From Paragordius varius (lineage: Eukaryota > Animalia > Nematomorpha), in the NCBI GenBank assembly GCA_964247055.1, contig OZ176056.1:6200001-6264000 (forward strand): DNA of 64,000 nucleotides, written 5' to 3'. Numbering within the stretch: position 1 is the first letter of the stretch; every line of letters starts with the position of its first letter. This document shows, piece after piece, positions 25,216-38,559 of this stretch. The translations under genes and the position numbers were made by a program. The notes beneath the pieces are model-generated. The model ran no database searches, had not been told where the DNA came from, and worked only from the letters and a program-made list of their open reading frames with translations.

Positions 25216-25881
25216 GAAAATATTTAGCTCACTACTTTTAATCTTTTTTTGCATATTATAGAATTATCTAGTGTAAATAACCAAATTTAGAGCCCTAATT
25301 TGGTATTTTTTTGCTTACTAACCAAAATATATTTTTTTACAATTCAAATAAGCCTTTTTAAGGGTTATTCACATTAAATAATGTATAGGGTTTTTTTAGC
25401 TAAATTTAACACACAAGATGAAAAATAAAAACCCTTAATTTAACCCATTTTGTTAATATACAATTTATTTGCATGAAGTTGCTAGAAAAATAGAAGCTTT
25501 TTTAGTCCTATTTTTAAAAACTATTTGCATAATATAACTTAAACATTAAAGAATGGATTATTTTGCTACTAATATTCATAAAATATGAATGATTAAAAAT
25601 TTATTTTTTGCCAAAAAAACTACAGTGATATATGGTGGTGTGTTTACTAAAACTACACATTACAATTAAAAAGGATTTTTTAAGAAAAAACTACAGGGAA
25701 TGGGGGGTGATTAAATGAGTGCGCAAATCTAAATATATTTGTAAAAAACTAATTCTATTCTGATCAATTCTAATGTTTCTTTACAGTGTGAAACTACTAA
25801 ATATTTATAAAAAATATATGGTATTTTAGATAAAAATGATAAATTATAATGGAATGGATAATGCATGAAGTTGCGGATCTC

Positions 25882-27202
25882 CTAATAATACAAATCATCT
25901 TCAAAATTTTCAAAATCCAAGTGAGGAACTTCAGAATGGTGTTCCTTACGCTTGTTCAAATCCACATCTTTAGCTGGAATCGGCACGACCTCTGGTTTTT
26001 GTTGAACCAAATTAGCTAAAAGATATATATTTAGTAAAATATTCTATAAAAACTTAAATTATTATTGAAAGGTTTATTAAAACTGAGTAAATGTTATTAA
26101 ACGCTTATATTAAGGCGCCCTCTAATTAAATTCTATAGAAGATTTTTTTACGGTTACTTTAACAAAATATTTTTAGAGTAAGACACCCATTAACTTTTAT
26201 GTGCAAGATGGGCTTCACAAACAACATCTGCCCATTTTTTTTTATTTTTACCCTTGGCAGGATCTTGAGCGTCTGTTCCAGTGGCAGTTCTTCCGTAACC
26301 GCCATAGCCTCCATATCCACCGCCATAACCACCTCCATACCCGCCGCCATAATAAGGCTTGTAATAAGAACCGTACCCACCATATCCACCATAATACGGT
26401 TTGTAATGGTTATAACCACCGTATCCTCCATAGTACGGTTTGTAATGATGATATCCTACAAATGTAGAAATAAATTAAAAAATCTAGGAATAAATATATG
26501 TGTCATAAAAATGTTTACCCTATCTTTGTATTTTATTAATTTATATTGTAAAGATGGCAATTATTGAGGATAATATCGACCTATTTCCAATGATGTTTGA
26601 GAAAATATTTTTTATATCATATTAATTTTAATTAAAAAACCTAAAAGAACTTGGTATTATACACATCACACTGACACAAGTGTACAAGTAAATTTTTACT
26701 ACACAAAACAATGACAGACAAAAAGTATAGATTAAATACCTCCATAACCTCCGTAGCCACCATACCCACCATATCCGCCATAACCGAATTTGCCTTCCGC
26801 AGTACTTTTCTCGCCTTCCTTTAGCTGAGTGTTATCTGTTTGAGCTGGGGGAATAGGATTGGGTTGCTGTCCAATAAGGGTTGCTGGAGGGGGTGGTTCA
26901 ATAGCTTTAATAGGCTCACCCGAATCTGGGCGTTGTTTCTGCAACAAAGGGGGGACCCTTTTACGAAGTATGGCTGCACGGCCAGATTCATCGCTCCCTG
27001 TTTGCTTGGCCTCTTTTGCACACTTGGGTACAAACAAGCAAAATAGACTTTAAATTAGAATTTTTTACGAAAAATCGATTAACTAAACTACAATATTAGA
27101 GATTTTTATATGTTTTTGAGAATCTTTTTTACAAAATTGATTAAGAATAATACTTACCACAAATACGGTTAATGCCACTAGGATGATGACAAAATACTTC
27201 AT
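25882..27202 (-). CDS. Secreted Gly/Tyr-rich precursor B, 4 exons (27202-27158, 27022-26740, 26455-26252, 26015-25882), ~221 aa
   Basis: Signal MKYFVIILVALTVFV|CA; Pro/Gln-rich pro-region with RKR; core FG(YGG)n with three YKPYYGG repeats ending YGR; acidic tail with KRK ending DDLYY*. All introns are GT-AG with matching phases. Confidence 0.85.
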
Positions 27203-27288
27203 GATTTTTAAAAATACGTTTTTAAAGATTAAAAATTACGTTTCTATGACAAATGCACACTCAATTATAATTTTACAAAAAAAGTGTG

Positions 27289-27299
27289 CCTTTTATATA
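27289..27299 (-). promoter_or_regulatory. TATA box of peptide gene B
   Basis: Minus-strand TATATAAAAGG about 90 bp upstream of the ATG. Confidence 0.45.
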
Positions 27300-28106
27300 G
27301 AAATAGTTCTGTTTACTTCGAGAGTTAATTTAATTATTTATATAAAATTAACACAAGTATCCAATCTTCCTATGGCAACAATTATCTTATTAGTATTTTA
27401 GGCTCATTGTAAATTGGTAAATATATATATATATATATTAAGGTAAGACCTATAACCTAAACAATTATATAACTCAAGTTATTAAAAAATTACTTCCAAT
27501 TTAAAAGGTATCATCTTTGTTAGGAAATAATATTTTGTGGTGAAATTTTTTTTATTAATTTTATAATAAAATACAGCCTATTTTTACGTATAGGTGTGGA
27601 CCCTAGACAAACAATTATATAATCAAAATTATATATTAACTGAACGTGTTTTTAACCTATTTTAAATTTTAAAATATCAGATGCAGCGAGGAGTTAGTTA
27701 ATTAAACACTTATCCATCTAACACCTCGTCTAAACTTTAAGATATATTTTGGTTTTATTAAGAACGGCTGCAGGTGAGATTCACTTGGCTTCAGTTTTTG
27801 TCGCGCCAATTCGGTAAATCCGATCATTTAAGTATGATTAATAAGGAGTTACTTTTGTTTGTATCACAAGCATGAGATAATTTATAAATCCATTAATATA
27901 TCATTAAAATAATAGTATCAAGGTGATTAATAACTTGGGGGATATTTTAATTATATTTCTTCTGTAGATAATATTTTCTCATCAATATGTCAAACTAAGA
28001 AACGTAATAAGAAATTTCTAAATACCATATAATTTATTACCATTTAACTTATTTTTAGAATTGAATTGGTTTTTTATTGTTAATACCCAATTAATTTGTT
28101 TCTTTC

Positions 28107-28367
28107 TAGATGAGTAGCTAGAGGGGGAGGGAAAAGGGTGGCTGATGCATGGGGGCAATAGTTGAAGGGTCGCCGGATTTTAATTTTTTTTCAAAAACAT
28201 AGGTATTTAGTAGTTATTATTTTTACTAATACATAAAAAATCACCCATTTATGAGTGTGGCCATGACCACGTTTAAATTTGATTATTTTTTTAAATGAAA
28301 AAGCAAGGGTTTGTATGGAGTAAAGGAGGGTGCCATCACGGATTCATGCATCTGTACTACGCCTCTG
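28107..28367. mobile_element. Possible degenerate GC-rich MITE
   Basis: A GC-rich island with ends gtagctagaggggg... / ...ctacgcctctg. A similar cccctagctacacctct end occurs near 24645-24661. No clean TSD. Confidence 0.3.
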
Positions 28368-30417
28368 TTGCCTTCCCCTGAATTCGCCAGGCACTATAAT
28401 TTTCTTTCAGCATATGTGACGAAACTATTTTGGCTGTATTCCGTACTATTTTATTATGGCGTGTGTGTCAATTTTATGTAAATCATAAACAAATAAAGAA
28501 TTGAAAAAAGTGTTGACTGATACAAAAAATATTTTTTTGTTAATTTTTAGTGAAATAATTTAATATAATGTTTTTTTGAAAATTTTGTTGCCTAGCCCTT
28601 GGACTAGAATATCGATTTCTATTAAAACTTAATAAAGTATGAATGTATTTATTAGCTAGCTTTGTAGTTGTCGCTGACAGATACTTAGGGATACTTATTG
28701 GCCCAATGAAAATTTGCAATAAACAAGAAAATGGTGTTAAGATTAACAAAATCCAAATATTTTCACTAAAAAGATTTTATCACTTCACAGGATTTCGCAT
28801 TCATCCAAAATTTCTCATATTAAAACATTTTTTAATTCAAAATACTTATATTCATCTATTATTTTTCTCATGGATAATCTTAGTTTCAAAATTAAATTTA
28901 TTTAACATATAAGCTGGCTCTGATGCAAGGGTCATAAAGGTAGCTCTAACATGATCACAGTTATAAAAATATATGAGAAAAAGGCTATATGAATCTCGGA
29001 AATGTTTTTTACAAGAAATTTGTGGCGTATATAATGAATGAGCTCTACAAGCTGCTGTTTAGCTTAAATCTTTACAGAAATATGACCTATAACTAGACAC
29101 ATTAACGCCTTATGCAAAAAATTCTTTAAATATTTGTGAGATTTAGTTTTTTTAAAAAAAATGATTTTGAAAAAGCGGCTTAAAACAAGGGCTAATTCAA
29201 AAATGACGGTTTCACCATCGGTGTAATTATCAAAATATAATTTAGTTGGAATGACCTTACAGGTTTTCCGAAAAATAGATTTACCAGTCTTTGTTTTAAA
29301 CTTATATTTTTAGGGGGGCTGCCACCAAACGGAGAAATTTAAAATCTCATTCCCTCACGATGTATAATAAGAGATTTGCCTTTGAATTCGAATGGGCCTA
29401 CACGCTTTTTGGGAAATTTGCTTTAATACTAATTATTCGAAACCCGATTTTCAGCTCAGCATCTGAACTGAGGAATCATTCAAAAATAGCTTTGCCACCC
29501 TCAGCGCATTCGTTAAAACAAAAAATTCATGAGATGATATAATAATTATGGTTTTTTGCTTTAAAGTCAATAATTGTTCGAAACCACATTTTTCAGGGGT
29601 GATGCCAAACTAAGTGTTTTTAAAAATATAACCAGTCGCCTTCGGCATATTTAGAATAAAAAATCCCCTTTTTGGGGACTACCACGTTTTTGGAAAAGTT
29701 TAATTCTAAATAAATTTAAAAACTTTCATACAAATAGGGCTGAATTGAGTGTCAATTTTAAAATATAGCACAATCACTCTCGGTTTTATTATTTTTCACA
29801 AAATGCTTAAACCATTTATTTTTTGGAAGATCATTTTCATCGGGCTAAATTGAATTAATTCCAAAAATGGATAAGCAGCCCTCAGCGCATTCGTGAATCA
29901 AATAAAATTAATTACATTTCGATTTTGAAATACCCCTTAAGGTTGTTCATATAATTGCAAGGCTGATAGTTTTAAAACAATATTAGGAAGGTGGGGCTGA
30001 ACTCAAGGGCTATTTAAAAACAGCTCAGAAATATTCGACGCATTTATAAAATAATCATTGTATTAACTAATTTACGCTTTTCGTTTAAAATCAGCAGTTT
30101 TGGAACTTGTACTTTTTGTCAATATTATTACACTGGGTAGGGCCGATCCAGAAAAAAACGGCTCAGTCCTCATCTATGTCTTCACATAAAAATTTCCCTT
30201 TTAAAATTACTAGATACGTTTTCTACAAAATTGTTATAAATCCCGTATTCTCTATTTTTAAATTATACATTTTCTTTTCTGTATGTGTTCGGTTAATCCA
30301 TTAATATTTTTTTTGCCCTTTTATTAATATTAACGAAACAAAAACAAAAAATTAACATAATGAACTATTTAAAATATATTTTTTAAACGTTATATTTGGA
30401 ATGATTAGTATAGTAAA

Positions 30418-30958
30418 CACTTTGATACAACACAATCATTTCAGTCCTTCGATTCTAATTTAGGTAGTTAGATACCCCAGGCTTGTTTAAAATTACATCT
30501 TTTAAAAATATGGAATAAATTGCAACCATAACAAATGTTTGAACTTATATAACATTAATGAACCGATATACGAAAAAATATTAAAAAATACTTGATATTA
30601 CTTATTCAGAAATAAAAATCAAAATAAAAATTTAGCCAACATCACCATGCAAAAGCTAAATATAAAAATTGTGCAATACATACCACCTTTTCTTTTTACA
30701 TCAATGTTAAATGTGATTAAAATTGTAAAATTTTAGGCATAGAATATAAACATGATATTTTGCGAAAATGTTGTTAAATCAAAATGGTGTCCAAGCAATT
30801 TGATACGGAACCTTTTTTCTAAAACTTAATTTAATTTAGATATTTGGGCTTATATAAAATTTTATAAGGATAGAAGCATTAATTAAAATTGGAACCCTTT
30901 TTTTAAAAATATCACCTCATATATTGTGAGGGGTATTAACTCAATTTGAATCGAAGTG
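30418..30958. mobile_element. piggyBac-like MITE (copy 1)
   Basis: CACTT...AAGTG termini with TTAA on the right and a degraded TAAA on the left. It is collinear with the copy at 41395-41957. Confidence 0.65.
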
Positions 30959-31573
30959 TTAAAAAGGCAACAACTGACCAAGGCTGCCCTTAATTTAAAA
31001 ATTCAAACTGAGTCAAGTATAAGCTAATGGAAAATAATCAGGCAGATTATAAGCCATGAGTCGTTAAGCAGACTTAAATTCTTATTATATAGGAGTAAAC
31101 GTTGTACGAAAGGCCGCTAGATGTCTCCTATAGTTTTTACAATTCGAGTGAAAATTTGAGCCATAAACACAGTGCAAATTCCTTCCTTTTATACTTTGAG
31201 CCATAACCAAGGTGACCAGACGTCCCGCTTTTGGCGGGACAGTCCCGCTTTTTCACACTTTGTCCCGCGTCCCGCTACGTTTTTAAAATGTCCCGCTTTT
31301 TCTACAAATAAATTTTTTTATCAGTTTAAATTTTTTATCATTAAATTCTTTAAAATCTATATAAATTTTAAATTAAAATTTTTATTTTTAAATATATCAT
31401 ATGATTATACACTTTCCTTCCTACTACTACTGTCATTATTATCAATAAGCCAAATTAATACAACAAATCTCTAGATTAAAAGACAAATTGATACCACAAA
31501 TCGGTACCTTACACGTTTATTTCAGAAAATTAAGGTAATATAATATTTATTATACTAATAATAGTTTATAAAT

Positions 31574-34540
31574 ATGAGCACAAAAAGAGGTTGTAAATTC
31601 AACGATGAATTAATGAAAGATTTTCCTAAAAAACGAAGAATGAATCATCTGTTAAATGTCTTATATGCGAGGGGGAATTCACCCTAGCACATGGCGGCAA
31701 GCATGATATTACAAAGCATATGGAAACACAAAACATAATAAATGTTTAGATATGGCGGCATCATCTTACAAAATAAGCGATTTTTTTCGAAAACCCGCTT
31801 TTGAATAGGAAGAAAAGAATTTGGCACTAGCTGAGGGCGTGTTATCTATTCACGCCGTTAATCACAATCATTCCTTTAGATCTATGGACTATACCTCACA
31901 GGTTATTCGCACGTTATTCCATAAAAAATGTGCCCGTACAAAGGCTGAAGCCATTGTATGCAATGTCTTTTCACCACATGCATTTTCTGAAATACAAAAA
32001 GATTTGCTAAAAATTAATTTCTTATCCCTATACTCTGATGCATTAAATCACCATGAAACAAAATTATTTCCCAATTTGATACGATATTTTGATTCAGAAA
32101 CCGGAGTAAAAATTAATATTTTAGATTTAATTTCCCTACCCGGTAAAAATTCCGAAATAATATTTACTTCAATAATGCATATTCTAGAAATAAATAATTT
32201 AAAAGACAAAATTATCGCATATTGCGCTGACAATACCAATACGAACTTTGGTGGAAAAGCAAGGAGGGGAACAAAAAATATTTTTCATAAATTAAGAAAT
32301 AATCTTAATCAAAACATTATTGGCGTTGGGTGTTCAGCGCATATAATACCCAAGGCTATTCAAACAGCTGCTGATTTATTACCCCTAGATGTGGAAAATG
32401 TAGTTGTTAAAATAAATTCCTATTTTTATATATACACGGTACGTGTTGAAACGCTTAAAGAATTCTGTGAAAATGCAGAAGTTCAATATAAAAAAATGCT
32501 TGGATATTGTAAAACTCGTTGGTTAGCTTTTATGCCAGCTATCTAAAGAGTTTTAAAAATGTATGATCCTTTAAAATCTTTTTTTACCACAGGACAAAAA
32601 AAAGTTTTTTGAAAGTGATTCTTCAAAAATATGGTTAGAATTCTTACATAATCAAGATTCTCTTTTTCAAAATGTTATTAAATTTATAGAAGGTGACGAA
32701 ATTTCGGCAATCGAAGTAGCCAATGAAACTAGTAACCTAAAATTCCAATGTCAAGAACGGTTAGAAAATAATTTTATACCATTAACCATCCGCATTATAA
32801 TAAATAATTTAGAAAAACAAGTAACAAATCGCCAAGATATCCTGTACCATATAAAATTGTTTTATACAAACTCTATTTGGAAGACTGGACGACGCAATTC
32901 AATGAAATTGATCATTTTCATTGGATAACATTAAAATCAGAAATTGGTGCGATGTTCAAAAATCATTTGATTATATATGCTCCCAAAAATCAAAAAGTAA
33001 TCTTTCGGAATATGATCTTTTTTCTGAAGTATCATTTAAAAGATATGTTAATAATGAAAAACTTAAATTATGGACAAAAGAAAAATATACAGTAGAAAAG
33101 AAATGGTTGGAAATATTCCATCATTTTGAAGCCAACTATATTACATACAATTTTAAAAATTGTGGAATTCGCACTATCTTTACCTGGAACCAACGCTGCT
33201 ACTGCGTTTTTTCCACAGTAAATCAGGTGTGGACATCGGAAAAATCAAATTTAAATGTTGAAACTTTGGTTGGTTGGTTTTTCCTAAGTCGTAAACGACT
33301 TTTTGGATATAGTTTTAACTATTTCTTTCCATTTTTTTCTATCTTTAACCGCTATATTGAGCTCTTTCAATGTCCTTTTGGTCTCTTCTTTTATCGTATC
33401 CAACCACCTCATCGGTGGTCGGCCTCGTTTCCTTTGCCCTTCTACCTTCCCAAACATTGTATCTTTCTCCAGAGAATTCGATCACATGACATGACCAAAA
33501 TATGTTAACTTTTTTTTAGAATTATCTCCAGGATGTTTGTTTTAGGTTTTATTTCTGAAGTTAGATTTCCATTCTTAATTTTATCCTTCCAGGTGTATCC
33601 TAGCATCCTATGCCAGCAGCTCCTTTCAAAAGCCATGAGCCTTTCTTTGTCCCTTTTTCTGAGAGTCCAACTCTCACATCCATATGAGGTGACCGGGAGA
33701 ACGAAACAGTAGAGTAATCTTTTTTTGGTTTCAACTCCTACGCTTTTGTTTTTCCAAATCTTTATTAATTTGGTCATCGCTTCTCTACCCAATCCTATTC
33801 TCTTTCTGATGTCAGGAGTTGAAGACCCATCCTCTGAAATTATTGCGCCCAAAAACGTTAACTGTTAACTATTTCTACTCCTTCTATAATAATTGTAGGC
33901 TTTTTTCCTGCACATAATATTTTGGTTTTGTTAGGATTAAGCTTAAGACCATTTTCGAATCACTTCAATCAATTCCTTCAAATCATTTGCACTTTCAGCT
34001 ATAAGAGTGGTATCGTCTGCAAACCTTAAATTATTGATTGTTCTCCCTCCTATTCTTACTCCAATATTTTTACCATCCAACTTCCTCATTATCATTTCTG
34101 TGCACATATTGAACAGATAAGGGGATAAGCAACACCCTTGTCTGACTCCTTTCAAGATAGGTATTTCTTCTGTGTCCCCCGCTGATGTTCTAATACTCGC
34201 TCTTTGTTTTACATAGAGCGAGCTAATCAATCTTATTAAGTGAGACGATACCCCTACTAATTTTAATGTTTCCCACAAGGAGTCATAGTTAATTGAATCG
34301 AAGGCTTGTCTGTAAATAATAAAACACATGTATAATTCTTTCTGGAACTCTCTTGATGTTTCCATTATTCTTCTCATGTTTGAGATATGGTCTTTTGTAC
34401 TTTTTCCCTTGTTGAAACTTTAAAGACCGTTTTATCTGTAAAATATAATTTGACCTCTTGTGAAGACTTCTACAATATTTTAAAAAATAATGACAATCTG
34501 CTAAAACGCATTCAAACAAAAAATATACCAAAGAATAAAA
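31574..34540 (+). pseudogene. Decayed hAT transposase, interrupted by a LINE at 33268-34409
   Basis: N-terminal Zn-finger-like KCLICEGEF...HGGKHDITKH, then ADNTNTNFGG, GCSAH, KTRWLAFMPAI and the dimerisation region VFSTVNQVWTSEKSNLNVETL|KTVLSVKYN..CEDFY. It has multiple stops and frameshifts. Confidence 0.85.
33268..34409 (-). mobile_element. 5'-truncated RTE LINE nested in the hAT transposase
   Basis: 12-bp TSD TGTTGAAACTTT (33256-33267 and 34410-34421) and a 3' (AACC)3 tail. RT motifs GVRQGCCLSPYLFN and LRFADD, plus YGCESWT. Confidence 0.93.
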
Positions 34541-34587
34541 TATTTTCTTTAAAGTTTTTGCGTCGTTAAAAAATAAACAAAATTACA

Positions 34588-35413
34588 TAAAATATTGTAT
34601 AAGTTTTCATAATTTGTCAAATTATATTTGAACACATAAAATGGCTTTTATTCAACATTTAAATTTGATTCCGTGTCCTTACTTAATTTACTGTGGAAAA
34701 ACGCGTTCAATAGCAGTGGTTCAGGTAAAGATAATGCAAATTCTACAATTAAAATATTATTGTATGGAATAAATTTGTTAAAATGATTATTTTAACCATT
34801 TCTATCCTAGGTATTTTTTTCTGTTGTCCATAATATAAGTTTTCATTCAATATATTTATTTAATAATGAGACTTCATAAAAAAGTGTCACTGTGCACCGT
34901 TTTGTCTACCAAATAATCGTTTCTGTTTGTATAAAACATTTTTATATTCTGGCTATTCATTGAGCCTTGTTTTTCTGGATGCTTTATATTATTGCGATTA
35001 GATAATGGTATAAAATTATTTTCTAACCTTTTTTGACTTGGAATTTTGACCTTTGTCCTGTGATAAAAAAATAGGATTCTAGGAGATCACATTTTTATAA
35101 ATATTTCAATCGCTGGCAAAAGAGCTAACCAACACTTCTACAATATCCAAGCATTTTAGCATCTATATTTTCCACATCCAGGGGTAACAAATCATTAGCT
35201 GTTTGAATAGCGTTGTGTATCTGCCAATAATGTTTTGATAAAGATTATTCGCTAAATTGTTAAAAATATTTTTTGCAATGCTTCTTGCATCACCCAGCGC
35301 ACTTTGTGATGATTTGTCTTTATTATTTTTTTGTAGAATATTACAATCACTTCACCCCTCTGTTCGTGCACATGTAAATTTATTAAATAAAGTACAAACA
35401 GCCTGTGAGGTAC
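34588..35413 (-). repeat. Inverted, serially deleted copy of the hAT transposase inside the same element
   Basis: The reverse complement matches, in order, segments near 31890-31960, 32190-32230, 32270-32410, 32495-32600, 32740-32880, 33080-33265 and 34422-34490. Confidence 0.85.
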
Positions 35414-36109
35414 AAATTTTTTTATATTTATAATGTATTTGTGTTAAATAAATAAATATTACAATAAATTTTTTGTATAAAAATTTTTGGTTGTACCCCC
35501 CATTGACCCCCCTTCTCGGATTTGTCCCGCTTTTTCCTTCAAAAAATCTGGTCACCTTAGCCATAACGCATTGCATAAATTTTCAGGTTAACTCGCTTGA
35601 GCTGTGTTGCCACAGAAATAATACTATAATAAATCAAAGAATTTTTTAAAAGCTTTGGCAAACGCATTTAATTGGACATCACAAATTTTTTAAGAACATT
35701 TCTAACCCACGTGTTAAGGTTCAAGCTAAACACAAACCACTCCGCAAAATTAGTCTTATAAATATTATATTAAAGTTATGTTATTAAACCAGTTTTCAGA
35801 CAATTCCTATCAAACTATTTTGGGTCAAACAAATTTCAAATAAGCAAAATGTCGGTTTGCGGATAAATTTAAGCAGCTTTAAAAAATTACATTTGATCAC
35901 CTTTGATAAAATAAAAAAGCGTTATTTTTATCGAAATCACTGCTACATAATTAACAGTGCAATGTATTTTCACTTCTATACTTAATTTTTACAGGCATTA
36001 TTTATATTTTATATAGTGTATGTAAAAATAGATGAATATTTGACGCTAAGCTAGGCCACAATTATGTATAATAGTAATGACTTTATGATTGTGCTGATTA
36101 ACACATGTT

Positions 36110-37444
36110 ATGGAAAATTCGGAAAGTTTTAAATGTAGGGTTATTTACAATTCTGTGCAATATCCAGTCTACCATGACGCTATATTATTGGAAAAATCGG
36201 ATAAAAATGTATCATTATTAAATTCATTGTTTTATATAAATTACATTTAATAATTTCTTTCTAAAATTAGTCCGTAGTTCTATTTACCCATCCCGTAATA
36301 GATGCTATGAGACCTTGTTTAAACTTTTTGAGTGGAGCTGAGTGTACCACAACTTGCAGGTTGAATTTTTTACAAAATAGATTTTCACATGGATATAGAG
36401 TTCTTAATGATTGTGTAATGACTTATGAAGAACCAAATTATGAGTATATTTTGGTTTGATATTCTTAGAAATCTTAATATCGGTAACAAATGTTTAGCTC
36501 AAAATGAGCACACACAACTTTGGAATTATTCTGAGATTATGGAAGTTAGGTTTGCAGAAAAATTTTTGCCCGAGAAATCTTCTTTGGACGATTCAGAAAA
36601 TGATTCTCATCAACTCATCTTTAATCTTAAAAATTTAACTAATGAACAAACTTTTTATACTGATATAACTCACATTAAACCACTTGATAACACCAAAATT
36701 GGTATATTCCGAATTTTAATTATAAAAAATAGATTCAATTACACCAAAGTCTTTAATAGATAAGGGACTTATTACAACTCAAGAAAATCCTAATACGATT
36801 TCAAAGGATCATATTGATACCTCTAGTTGCACAAACTCAAAAGTTATTGTATGCAAAAATCCAGAAAATTATAATCCTGTTGGCTATAACCTTTTAATGA
36901 AAATGGGTTTTACCCCTGGGAAAGGATTAGGTAATATTTTTTTAATTAACTTCAAACCCAGAAAATGTCGCAATAAAATAATTTTTTTCACCGCTATTTG
37001 TTAGGAAAAAATGAACAAGGCATTCAAGAACCCGTGAAGGCGAACGCGTCTACATCCCCTTTATTAAATAAAAAACGTCGCTCAATAAAACCCAATAATA
37101 CTAATAAAAATGATTCCCAAAAACCTGTGTCCTCAAAATTAAAGGGATCTACAGATTTTATGTTTGAATTCCTGAATGAATCAATCAATAAAAATGTTAC
37201 GGATGTTGATAATAGAATTTCATGCAAGAAAAATCGGTTGTTCCCTTTCTATCGGGATTTGGATAATCCCATTAATGACCCTGAAATAAGTTTTGATAAA
37301 TCAACTCTGCACAAAAATTTAGACAAAAGTTCCAACACAAATTACATATATAAGCACAATGATAATAGGAAAAGTAATAAAGACAAAAAAGTACGGACGT
37401 CCCATGAAATCGAAAGTAGCAAAAAGCGAAAATATATTTTTTAA
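36110..37444 (+). CDS. ZGPAT: ZGPAT-like protein (CCCH zinc finger, Tudor-like, G-patch); exons 36110-36208, 36271-36359, 36381-36443, 36469-36701, 36733-36930, 37005-37444; ~373 aa, start uncertain
   Basis: YHDAILL, VLFTHP..AMRPC...CRFSHG, NLNIGNKCLAQ...LW, GYNLLMKMGFTPGKGLGKNEQGIQEPV and MFEFLNE occur in the ZGPAT domain order. Confidence 0.8.
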
Positions 37445-38169
37445 TGATAAACCCTACATCATTTTATCATAATTTGTAATAGCAAATAAATTCTTATATA
37501 CAATTAATTATTATTTATGGCCAGCTTTTAACAATTTTCACTTATAAAATACGCTTGTTTGCCTGTGGTATTAATCCAAAAAATGGCGGCGAAATTTGCT
37601 GACAATTTCTCATTATTTTAAATCTAAATCCTGTGTTTAAAGGTCGAAGAAAGCATAATAATAAATTTGATTCCATATTTTGTTGACTTAGTGGTTATCC
37701 AATATAAAATTGCTATATAATTTGTTTATGTTAAAGCAATAATTATAATAAAAACTACATTTATAAATTGTGATCGCAATTAAATAAAAAATTAGAGTAA
37801 CCATAAACTGCGATGGAATTCGTGTAGTAATTTTGATGGCATTGAATGAAAATAATAGCTATATAAATAATTTAAAATTTCTCATCCGTATGAAACGTTT
37901 AATCAGTCAAGCCTATTGAATATTATAAGGAGTAAACGAAACGTAATAAGATTATCTGAGCAAAGAAATTTAAATAGTACAAAATTATATAAAACTCGGA
38001 TTATATGCGCCGATTCTATTTTACTTAATTAAATGAATAGTAAACGATATATAATTTCAAATTAAATTTGACCATAATAAGTTAGGTTCATAGTAAAATT
38101 AATTAAAATATTTTATAATTTCCAAGCAAAATTTTGTCCCTATCAAACTCTTAAAATTATACCAATACA

Positions 38170-38240
38170 GCTATCCGTGAAGTCCGTTTGCGTTGGCTGG
38201 TCACATCCACAAAGCTCAAGGCAAAAACTGGATGATTATA
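38170..38240 (+). mobile_element. Tiny relic of an RTE LINE 3' end
   Basis: IREVRLRW..GHIH-like motif with a frameshift. Confidence 0.35.
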
Positions 38241-38559
38241 CAATCTTATTCAAATAATAATAAAAACAAAAAAGGTAGATAATGTAAAACCTTGCAATCC
38301 CCTATTCAAGAAGATTTAATTTTATCAATATTAAAATCAAACAAGCAGAAGACAGAAAGAAATGCCAAACTATAACATTACCTACTTTAAAAGGAGAAAA
38401 TATAGTAAGGTGAACATAAAGTGAATTTATATTAGGATAAGTTAACAATAAACTTTGTAAACATAACATATAACAAAAATTCAACACAATTAAAATAAAA
38501 TCATTAATAATATATGAAAATGTATTTGATTAAAAAAATAACATTAACAAAACAGCTTA

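Larger units (their letters stand above)
31208..35559 (+). mobile_element. hAT DNA transposon, 4352 bp, with a nested LINE and an internal inverted transposase copy
   Basis: TIR AAGGTGACCAGA / TCTGGTCACCTT, perfect 8-bp TSD GCCATAAC (31200-31207 and 35560-35567), and subterminal GTCCCGC repeats at both ends. Confidence 0.95.
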
